Virus record (IMG/VR): IMGVR_UViG_3300031519_000071
Location: 1-38,954 of that record
Length of the DNA stretch: 38,954 bases
Source of the DNA: a virus
Lineage: Duplodnaviria; Caudoviricetes
Direction: 5' to 3' (one strand)
Shown here: one piece after another, positions 18,756 through 25,529 of the stretch
Position numbering within the stretch: position 1 is the stretch's first letter
How the letters are laid out: every line of letters starts with the position of its first letter
Notes under the pieces: model-generated
Told to the model about the DNA's origin: nothing
The model's input: the letters and a program-made list of their open reading frames with translations, nothing else
The model's database searches: none
Made by a program: the position numbers and the translations under genes

Positions 18756-19921
18756 ATCATCACCACTTCACCCCAAGGGGCTTCATCTGAGCCATTGGAT
18801 ACCCACAGTACAGGGTAATCAGGTTGAGGACCGAAATCATTACAGTATAAATCAGTCAAGATCACACAACATACAGGCTCAATGCCACGCTTCTCGATCT
18901 CTGCAAAGATAGGGCTGAACGCAGTACCACCGCCCCCTCTAGGATTGAATATAAAATCATCATCCCTTTCCATCACATCATACCCACTAACTTCACTGTC
19001 AAAGTGGATAGTGTGTAACTTGCTAGGTTTCTGATCCTCAAAGACAGTCCTGACTTCAGCGGCAAACTGTGCTTTCTCATTATCATTGATAGAACCAGAG
19101 CAGTCATCACCAAAAACAAGTTCTCCCATAGCTTCACCATCTCTACTTGGAAGGTATAGCCCTTGGCTTATGAAGCGGCGGTTAGGTCTGGACCATGTAC
19201 GCCAGTCAGTCTTGGCCTTCTCGACAAAGCGTTGCAGTACATCACGCCAGTCTACCTTGGGGTTGAGTACCTCATCGACTAGCCTCTCCATGCCAGCAGA
19301 TAACTTGCCCATCATCTTGGCGGCTTGGGCCGCTTGAGCAACCTTGACTTTCCACTCGCCAGCCTGTTGTTCCTGTTCCTGTTGTGTACCCTTGGCATCC
19401 ATACAGTCATCCATGCCAGAGCCAGTACCCTCATAGCTCCCACCAGCATCTCCATCTTCATCTTCTTCTGGTAAAATGCTGTAGATACCATCACTAGTAC
19501 CGCCCCCATCGGCATAGATATCCTCATCGTACAGGCCACAGTCAGGCATCTTACCCACCTTGTCATCAATCAATAGCTTGTTGATAACGTAGTCACCTGC
19601 ATGGTTCCAACGCTTGTGAGTACGTTCGTGCCGTCTGTAATTATGCTCAAGCATGGGGTGCATACACTCATGGGCAACAAGAAATAGAAGCCCCTCGTCT
19701 GTCAAGGTGTCACAGAAGTCAGGGTTGAACATTACCCTACTACCATCGGTAGCCGCAGTAGGTATCTCATTGGTAATCTGGAACGGCATATTCATGGCGA
19801 TAGTACCAATGAATGGATGCTCTAGGATCAAGGAAGTCTTAGCCTTGGCTAGTCGTTTCTTGAGCTTCTCAGTAACCGCATCAGTCAGCGGCTCTGCAAC
19901 TTGTTGTGCTACGTTACTCAT
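18752..19921 (-). CDS. DUF2201-type HExxH metallopeptidase plus vWA domain protein
   Basis: PTAATDG, AHECMH, WNHAGDYVIN, acidic Gly linker, MIDAS DCSGS, GGGGTAF and LTD; start revised to 19921 (or 19927) after GAGGAG. Confidence 0.88.
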   Translation of the reverse strand: MSNVAQQVAEPLTDAVTEKLKKRLAKAKTSLILEHPFIGTIAMNMPFQITNEIPTAATDGSRVMFNPDFCDTLTDEGLLFLVAHECMHPMLEHNYRRHERTHKRWNHAGDYVINKLLIDDKVGKMPDCGLYDEDIYADGGGTSDGIYSILPEEDEDGDAGGSYEGTGSGMDDCMDAKGTQQEQEQQAGEWKVKVAQAAQAAKMMGKLSAGMERLVDEVLNPKVDWRDVLQRFVEKAKTDWRTWSRPNRRFISQGLYLPSRDGEAMGELVFGDDCSGSINDNEKAQFAAEVRTVFEDQKPSKLHTIHFDSEVSGYDVMERDDDFIFNPRGGGGTAFSPIFAEIEKRGIEPVCCVILTDLYCNDFGPQPDYPVLWVSNGSDEAPWGEVVMM

Positions 19922-20114
19922 CGTCATCGTACTCCTCTTCAATGCTAATGTCATAGTCAATACCAACTAGTATTTTAGTCAGCAACTTGGTGTCCATGTT
20001 AGAAACAAGATGCTCAATCAGATCACCCTTGTTAAGGTCGTGCATCCTGTCATCCCACACAGACATAGCTCTTGGATATTCTTCCTTAAGAATGTTGAAC
20101 TCATCCAATGTCAT
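19914..20114 (-). CDS. Small acidic hypothetical protein (66 aa)
   Basis: GGAGG RBS; TAATG overlap; ends in EEEYDDDE. Confidence 0.7.
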   Translation of the reverse strand: MTLDEFNILKEEYPRAMSVWDDRMHDLNKGDLIEHLVSNMDTKLLTKILVGIDYDISIEEEYDDDE

Positions 20115-20965
20115 TACAATCCTCCCATAAATACAGCCATCTTATCCATGATAGCCTTGGCTTCATCAGCAGTATCCTGTCGTAATACTGGGTCATTACG
20201 CAGAGCATCAGGGTGATAGCTCACCAACTTGTTCTGCATCTCCAATCGCATAGTCTCAAGGTTAGGGTCATCTGTAAAGTTAAGCCGTGTCAATAGCTCA
20301 CAGGTATCCTGTGCATCCTTGTAGGTAGATGTATTGAACGTGTTCTTGGGGTCAGCCAGTCTGCCCTGTAACCACGACACCTTGTCATACAACCTCTGCC
20401 ATACATCCTTGATAGCGGCTGTTGATGCCTCCTTGAGGTCAGCTTCTAGCTCAGACTTCATACTCTCAAACTCACCAGCAACAAGTTCTACTCTGAAGTC
20501 ACCAGCCGTAGGTACAGGTAGGACTTTCAAGTCCATCTTGAACTTGCTGGCTATCTCATCCACATCAGGATAGTCGTTGGGGTTGTATAGTTTATGCTTC
20601 CCAATGTTGAGCATACGTTCAGCTTCGTCCACCCTATCGGAATACACACCTGTCAGGACATCCACCAGTGACAGCCAGTCACTGCGTAGCTTTCTGAAGT
20701 CCACCATGAATGGCAGATAGTTGGCACTAGGTAGTATGAACGTACCCTCAATGCCCCACGGCAACGTGTTGTGGTAGAAGAACTTACGTATCTCGCCGGT
20801 CTTCTGATGTATTGCCGTGATCTCATTGCACGTTGGTAGCAATGTCTTGTTGAAATTACCCACGTTCTCAGTGGACACAATAGCACTGGCTTTCCTATCC
20901 AGCTTCTTAGCAGTCCACTGGCTTACGCCAAGGTGAACCAGTAACGCCTTATCAGATAAGTGCAT
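20114..20965 (-). CDS. DUF3150-like helical protein
   Basis: AAGGAG RBS; SQWTAKKLD, TLPWG and YPDVDEIASKF motifs of proteins found beside phage MoxR/vWA pairs. Confidence 0.55.
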   Translation of the reverse strand: MHLSDKALLVHLGVSQWTAKKLDRKASAIVSTENVGNFNKTLLPTCNEITAIHQKTGEIRKFFYHNTLPWGIEGTFILPSANYLPFMVDFRKLRSDWLSLVDVLTGVYSDRVDEAERMLNIGKHKLYNPNDYPDVDEIASKFKMDLKVLPVPTAGDFRVELVAGEFESMKSELEADLKEASTAAIKDVWQRLYDKVSWLQGRLADPKNTFNTSTYKDAQDTCELLTRLNFTDDPNLETMRLEMQNKLVSYHPDALRNDPVLRQDTADEAKAIMDKMAVFMGGL

Positions 20966-20983
20966 AGCAATCTCCTTTAGTTG

Positions 20984-21175
20984 TTAAAATGGTAAGCCTA
21001 GCCGTACTTTAGCTAGGCACGTTGCAACAAGTTCTGGGTCACGTATTATTATTGTCTCAATGAACTTGTCACGGGAATACCTATCAAGGGGTAGAGCATC
21101 GCCATATGATAACTGTTGCTTGATGGCATAATACAACTGCCCCTTGGTATCCTCATCCAGATTAGAATAACACAT
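20984..21175 (-). CDS. Hypothetical protein (~63 aa)
   Basis: Gap-filling ORF; the ATG at 21175 overlaps the ATPase 3' end. Confidence 0.55.
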   Translation of the reverse strand: MCYSNLDEDTKGQLYYAIKQQLSYGDALPLDRYSRDKFIETIIIRDPELVATCLAKVRLGLPF

Positions 21176-22145
21176 CGGTATTAGCCACAGCCCATGCAGT
21201 AAACGCTTGGGTTGATGCCAACTCAGGGTTACGCCTTGTCGCATAGCTTACTGTCAGTACACCAAACTCCTGTGGCATCTGGTTGGCAACTTGTATCACT
21301 CTGTCAAAGTTAGTAGTGGTAGCCTTGTGAGCAATAGCACCGCTGATAGCATACAAAGTAGCTGGGTCAGTAGGCACTTCGAACTTGTCAGGGTGCATCA
21401 ATAGATTGTCGATGTTAGGTAACGCCCTCTCGATCTTACGGAACCCAACAAACTCAGCCGATGCACCTTCACCAACAGCACCCTTGAAGCAATCATACTC
21501 AGCCTCTGGCTGTACGATATCCAGTACTGCTGAAACACCCTTGACCCATGATCTAGGGGTAGGATTCTTAGGTCTCTGTGGATCAAAGTCGTGTAACAAG
21601 TTGGGACGGAACCTCACAAAACTAATCACCGAAGGGTGTACATCCTCAGTGATAGCCCATCTAGTCCAGTCATCCAGCATGGTATCAAACTCAAGCTCAG
21701 TCTCACGATCAGCAAGGTGGCTCAGTGTACGATTAGCACCAGCCCTGTCCTCAACCCTGTTACCAGTGGATACAATCATCACACCTTCGGGTAATGGGTG
21801 ACCATGTAACTCACGCTCCTCTTGGATGTTAGCTATTACCTTTTGTATATCGCCACCACTCTGACCACGATCATCAAAGCACAGTATAGCCTCAGTCTCA
21901 GGATCAGAAGGCCACCAATGGGGCATCTTGTAAGTAAAGTTATCATCACCAGCCGCCATGTCAGGCACACCGAAGTCCTCGACCAGCATAGATGGTGCAT
22001 GATGGTGTATATAATCTACACCTAGCTGTTGTGCGGCTTGCTTTACTACAGAGGTCTTACCACCTCCGGGTTTACCTGTGATGTAAATAGGACGCTTGAT
22101 GTCCCACAGATCAATGATAGTCTGCTTGATTATTTCTGCTCTCAT
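21162..22145 (-). CDS. MoxR-like AAA+ ATPase
   Basis: Walker A GKPGGGKT, Walker B LCFDD, sensor STGN, LADR arginine finger, PTPRSW; GGAGGT RBS. Confidence 0.88.
   Translation of the reverse strand: MRAEIIKQTIIDLWDIKRPIYITGKPGGGKTSVVKQAAQQLGVDYIHHHAPSMLVEDFGVPDMAAGDDNFTYKMPHWWPSDPETEAILCFDDRGQSGGDIQKVIANIQEERELHGHPLPEGVMIVSTGNRVEDRAGANRTLSHLADRETELEFDTMLDDWTRWAITEDVHPSVISFVRFRPNLLHDFDPQRPKNPTPRSWVKGVSAVLDIVQPEAEYDCFKGAVGEGASAEFVGFRKIERALPNIDNLLMHPDKFEVPTDPATLYAISGAIAHKATTTNFDRVIQVANQMPQEFGVLTVSYATRRNPELASTQAFTAWAVANTDVLF
22129..22145 (-). repeat. 17-nt direct repeat, copy 1 (ATGAGAGCAGAAATAAT, the MoxR gene start)
   Basis: Identical to 22631-22647. Confidence 0.9.
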
Positions 22146-22315
22146 ACTTCTACCTCCGCTTTAAAAACTGTAGTTTCCACTTCAACAAGTTGGTCTGCTA
22201 ACTCTCCCAATGTCACAAATTCACCTTCATCATCGTATAAACAAACGAATCGGTGATTGTACAATTCAAAAAAAACTTGCTGTAATTTTTCTTGGGCAAT
22301 TGTTTGTATGCTCAT
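22142..22315 (-). CDS. Small acidic protein (57 aa, MSIQTIAQEKLQQVFFELY...), not in the ORF track
   Basis: TAGGAG RBS; ATGA overlap with the MoxR start. Confidence 0.75.
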   Translation of the reverse strand: MSIQTIAQEKLQQVFFELYNHRFVCLYDDEGEFVTLGELADQLVEVETTVFKAEVEV

Positions 22316-22331
22316 CGTGTGTAGTCTCCTA
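22311..22331 (-). repeat. 21-nt direct repeat, copy 1 (TAGGAGACTACACACGATGAG: RBS plus start)
   Basis: Identical to 22643-22663. Confidence 0.9.
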
Positions 22332-22345
22332 GGTTTAAGGAACCT

Positions 22346-22419
22346 GCCTCATCAGTACAGTGCGGTTAGTCACTGTAGACTGGGACACCACCCCAGTTTC
22401 GGCTTTGTAGCTGTAACCA
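22346..22419 (-). ncRNA. Type II hammerhead ribozyme
   Basis: Minus strand GCC-GAAA-CTGGGG-TGGTG-TCCCA-GTC^-TACAGTG-ACTAACCG-CACTGTA-CTGATGA-GGC: all core residues, stems I and III closed, stem II open; upstream TGGTTA (22414-22419) can pair with loop I. Confidence 0.92.
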
Positions 22420-22423
22420 GCAG

Positions 22424-22618
22424 CTAGGAGATAACGTCTAAGATAAATCCGTTGTCGCTTGTATACTTAGCGTCATACTTAGCAACTAGCTGTTGTTCTA
22501 TGGCATGTTGTGCAGCTTTTACTGATGCCGCATCTAGTATTACAAAATCACCTTGCTTACCATGCTTAGCGATTTCTTTATCACACCATGCATTAAATAT
22601 CTCCACTTCAGTACTCAT
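22424..22618 (-). CDS. Hypothetical early protein (64 aa)
   Basis: GGAG RBS; TAATG overlap. Confidence 0.7.
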   Translation of the reverse strand: MSTEVEIFNAWCDKEIAKHGKQGDFVILDAASVKAAQHAIEQQLVAKYDAKYTSDNGFILDVIS

Positions 22619-22920
22619 TATTCAGTCTCCATTATTTCTGCTCTCATCGTGTGTAGTCTCCTAATCATACTGTACTCATCCATCACTGAGATGGCGGCAT
22701 CGGGGTCATCCCACAATATTGTGGTATCAAGAACATGTTTCACAGTGCTACGGGGTAGCTCAAACTCAGTAGCATAAGCACTGATTACATCACGGCGACG
22801 GATGTAAAGGTACTCACGGCAACGAGCCTCGGCTTTACCCCCCTTCATAGGGAGCCAAGTTAGGGTTTTAGTGGTTGCTTCAAGAGCAGCGACAGCTTCG
22901 TATACTTTACGTAAGCTCAT
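22618..22920 (-). CDS. Hypothetical early protein (100 aa)
   Basis: Abuts neighbours; its C-terminus (MRAEI...) is read through the duplicated MoxR start. Confidence 0.65.
   Translation of the reverse strand: MSLRKVYEAVAALEATTKTLTWLPMKGGKAEARCREYLYIRRRDVISAYATEFELPRSTVKHVLDTTILWDDPDAAISVMDEYSMIRRLHTMRAEIMETE
22631..22663 (-). repeat. Composite copy 2 of the 21-nt and 17-nt repeats
   Basis: TAGGAGACTACACACG-ATGAG-AGCAGAAATAAT. Confidence 0.9.
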
Positions 22921-22921
22921 C

Positions 22922-23215
22922 TTACTGCCCCCTTGTTAGTAGTTTAGCGGCTTGTTCAAAGCCATAATCATGCTCGGCTTCAGCATCTATATACTCCTCA
23001 ACAGTCTGGTCTTTGAATGTGATTGTAAAGTTAAGACCCTGATACTGCTCGGCAGTATTAACATCATCGATAGTTATTCTTGAGCCACGGCGCATCGACA
23101 ATAGGTCAGATGATAGAACTTTAAACACATAACCTAGGCTCCACTCGTTAGTAGTACGGGCTGTTAAGGTAGGGCCGTTCTCTGGAACAAGATGTAGCGT
23201 ATAGTTACTTGACAT
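22922..23215 (-). CDS. Hypothetical early protein (97 aa), first gene after the promoter
   Basis: CTAGGAG RBS upstream. Confidence 0.75.
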   Translation of the reverse strand: MSSNYTLHLVPENGPTLTARTTNEWSLGYVFKVLSSDLLSMRRGSRITIDDVNTAEQYQGLNFTITFKDQTVEEYIDAEAEHDYGFEQAAKLLTRGQ

Positions 23216-23266
23216 AATAACATATCTCCTAGTTGATTAAAAATTTTGTGGTTGGTCGAGGCCCGA

Positions 23267-23295
23267 ACTATCGTCGATTCGCCAAAAATTGTCAA
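23267..23295 (-). promoter_or_regulatory. Sigma70-type early promoter
   Basis: TTGACA-17 nt-GATAGT, preceded by CCGAC. Confidence 0.65.
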
Positions 23296-23837
23296 GTCGG
23301 GGGTACTTTACCTACTTACTTAACATTGCACTATCTAGATACATGTATAAAATATATAAGTTAGTACTTTATGGGGGTTAAAAAAATATACCTTGTAAGC
23401 CATAGTAACAGCGGGTTGTAGAACAACTTTACATTCAACTATATAGATTATATAAGCTGGGAAACTAATCACTCCCACATTTTCATGCTTACTAACTTAC
23501 GCCAAATGTATAAAGTTATGAATTTAGTAAAAAAGGTGCGTGGTATACAACATTTAGTTAGATAATCTATATAATGTAGATAGTTAAACTTAGTATTATG
23601 GTCTGTAACGTATGGTATACAACAAACTATACAATTAAAACGTAAAGTTTATAGCTCCTGATATTAGGCTAATCTATATAGCAACTTATATAGCTGGGGT
23701 ATGTATTACCTGTAAGTCATTGATATCATTACATACTACTTGTATAAAGCCAGCACCTATATAAGCTAGCACCTATATACATATGCTTATATACACGCCG
23801 TGCTATGACCTCCCGATATATGGGCTTTATTAATAAT
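23296..23837. other. AT-rich non-coding region, candidate replication origin/control region
   Basis: No ORF >=60 aa; repeats TGGTATACAACA (23541, 23613) and AGCACCTATATA (23752, 23768); IHF-consensus match at 23713-23725. Confidence 0.5.
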
Positions 23838-23872
23838 AAAAAACAAAAAGAAAAGGGGAGCCGAAGCCCCCC
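23838..23872 (-). terminator. Rho-independent terminator with cUUCGg loop
   Basis: Minus strand GGGGGGC-TTCG-GCTCCCC followed by TTTTCTTTTTGTTTTTT. Confidence 0.9.
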
Positions 23873-23876
23873 AGTC

Positions 23877-23990
23877 TTAGTAGTAGTACGCATCTAGTAT
23901 GATAAGGATCATCATCGCTGCAATGAAGTATACACTTACAAGCACCGAGTACATGATAAGGTGTCTGATCTTAAATTTTCCACTAAACAT
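23877..23990 (-). CDS. 37-aa single-pass membrane peptide MFSGKFKIRHLIMYSVLVSVYFIAAMMILIILDAYYY, not in the ORF track
   Basis: TAGGAG RBS; basic N-terminus plus ~22-aa hydrophobic segment; directly followed by the terminator. Confidence 0.75.
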   Translation of the reverse strand: MFSGKFKIRHLIMYSVLVSVYFIAAMMILIILDAYYY

Positions 23991-24006
23991 ATTTAGTCTC
24001 CTAAGT

Positions 24007-24028
24007 GAGGGGAGCCGTAGCTCCCCTC
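24007..24028 (-). promoter_or_regulatory. Perfect 9-bp hairpin with cUACGg (UNCG) loop between two early genes
   Basis: GAGGGGAGC-TACG-GCTCCCCTC; no U-tract; immediately before the next RBS. Confidence 0.65.
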
Positions 24029-24036
24029 GGGTTAGA

Positions 24037-24477
24037 CTAGAAGAGAGGCAAGTTCTTAGTTGCCTTCGCAGGTGCTGCCTTCGCTTTCGCTGGGGTAGCT
24101 GAGTTATACGCCGCGTTCTTAGCCTTGGCGTAAGCGTCTGTCATAAACGAGACGCCCCATTTTGGTTTCTGCGAGTACTGCGTGTTCAAGAACTGAAACC
24201 CGTTAAGGTCCAGCTTGGCCGCCGCCGGGACCGTCATCTTCTCGCCATTGGCGTAGACTTTGGTCCCCTTTGGCAAACCGCCGCTTTCGATAACAGCCTC
24301 CAAAGCTTTCTTAGCTGTTGGAAACTGCTGCCTAGTCGCAGTGCCCTTGTTGATAAACAACGTCGGACCCTGTGGCTTGCCAGCATTCTTCCCCGATTTA
24401 GGGGTATAGTCTGCATCGAAGTTGACGGACACACTAGTCAGTTCGGCACTGACAAAACCTTTTACGAAATCACTCAT
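24037..24477 (-). CDS. Early protein (146 aa) with Ala/Lys-rich C-terminal tail, possibly nucleic-acid binding
   Basis: CTAGGAG RBS; tail ATPAKAKAAPAKATKNLPLF. Confidence 0.8.
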   Translation of the reverse strand: MSDFVKGFVSAELTSVSVNFDADYTPKSGKNAGKPQGPTLFINKGTATRQQFPTAKKALEAVIESGGLPKGTKVYANGEKMTVPAAAKLDLNGFQFLNTQYSQKPKWGVSFMTDAYAKAKNAAYNSATPAKAKAAPAKATKNLPLF

Positions 24478-24654
24478 GTGATTATTCTCCTAGTTGGTTA
24501 CCACCGACCGAATGATCGGTGGGTAGTTTTTTATGAGGCACCTTTGTGGACACTTGGCTACGTTAATCTATCCGAGTTGCATGAGGTTCTTATGTGTCTC
24601 GTCTCTGCTAGATTAGCCCCGAAGCGGTTATGTGCTCGCCGTTTCGACAATTGA

Positions 24655-24688
24655 ATTGAAGCATGCCCCCTAAATTTTATCAAGTCGG
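24655..24688 (-). promoter_or_regulatory. Putative early promoter
   Basis: CCGAC-TTGATA-17 nt-TTCAAT; shares CCGACTTGA with the promoter at 23267-23300; weak -10 match. Confidence 0.45.
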
Positions 24689-24880
24689 CAAGGTTTCCGC
24701 CGTTTTCTAAGCTATTGAAAGCATTGATTTATTTAGGCTAAGGCACGAGCCGATAGGTGTTGACGGGGGGGACATGGACTGCGTGTCATGACCGCACCCC
24801 TATATAAGTAAACCGCTTAAAGCAAGACCCAAAAATACCTAGTGTATAGTTAGCGTTTATCTAATATACAACTACTTAGC

Positions 24881-24909
24881 TTGACACCCCTGACAACTTA
24901 TTACAGAAT
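24881..24909 (+). promoter_or_regulatory. Sigma70-type promoter for terS, probably giving a leaderless mRNA
   Basis: TTGACA-17 nt-CAGAAT, then 7 nt to ATG 24917; no SD sequence. Confidence 0.6.
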
Positions 24910-24916
24910 ACCTCAC

Positions 24917-25384
24917 ATGGATAATCTACCGTTGAAATATCATCCGTGGTCTGACCGGCTTGCAATGGACATCGCACTTGCTCTTGAAGGGTCAGGTGAA
25001 TCCATGCCAGATATTATGTTGCGTCATGCGATAACCCAAAGCGAACTCATTACTTACAACCAAGATAGTATGTTCCTTAAGAAGGTGGAGCATCTTCGTG
25101 AGGAAGTTAAAGAGAAGGGCATGACCTTCCGGCTCAAGGCAAAGGCGCAGGCAGAAGAACTACTTACAACAAGTTGGACATTGATCCATGCACCAGATGT
25201 AAGCGCGGCGGTAAAGGCTGATCTTATAAAGTCTACGGTTAAGTGGGGGAACCTAGAACCACAGAAAGACGCGATAGCTGAGGGCACAGGGGGTGGTGGT
25301 GTTACCATACAGATTAACCTCCCCTCCCAAGAATCAGCAGTAACTACTTTGGTACCTGTTGCCAAAGTTATTGAGCATGGTTGA
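24917..25384 (+). CDS. terS: Terminase small subunit (putative)
   Basis: Upstream of terL; helical protein with C-terminal GGGVTIQINL; start revised from TTG 24881 (the -35 box) to ATG 24917. Confidence 0.7.
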   Translation: MDNLPLKYHPWSDRLAMDIALALEGSGESMPDIMLRHAITQSELITYNQDSMFLKKVEHLREEVKEKGMTFRLKAKAQAEELLTTSWTLIHAPDVSAAVKADLIKSTVKWGNLEPQKDAIAEGTGGGGVTIQINLPSQESAVTTLVPVAKVIEHG

Positions 25385-25529
25385 GGTGCTGTACTCCCTC
25401 AAGAGAGCGCGATTGATTCTAACACTATTAGCTCGCGGAGGGTGGTCGCACTCTGCTAAGATCATTACATATCCAAAGCGCACAAAGAAACCAATGGCTG
25501 TGCGCATTAGAATATACGTGGGTGACTAA
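25377..25529 (+). CDS. Small basic protein (50 aa, MVEVLYSLKRARL...), not in the ORF track
   Basis: Overlaps the terS stop by 8 nt and the terL start via TAATG. Confidence 0.6.
   Translation: MVEVLYSLKRARLILTLLARGGWSHSAKIITYPKRTKKPMAVRIRIYVGD

Noticed and set aside
23899-24102. Plus-strand 67-aa ORF
   Set aside because: Antisense to the RBS-supported 37-aa and 146-aa genes and spans the hairpin
24530-24650. Second known ribozyme (twister, pistol, hatchet, HDV) or riboswitch
   Set aside because: Core consensus sequences could not be matched by eye; kept only as an unclassified structured leader
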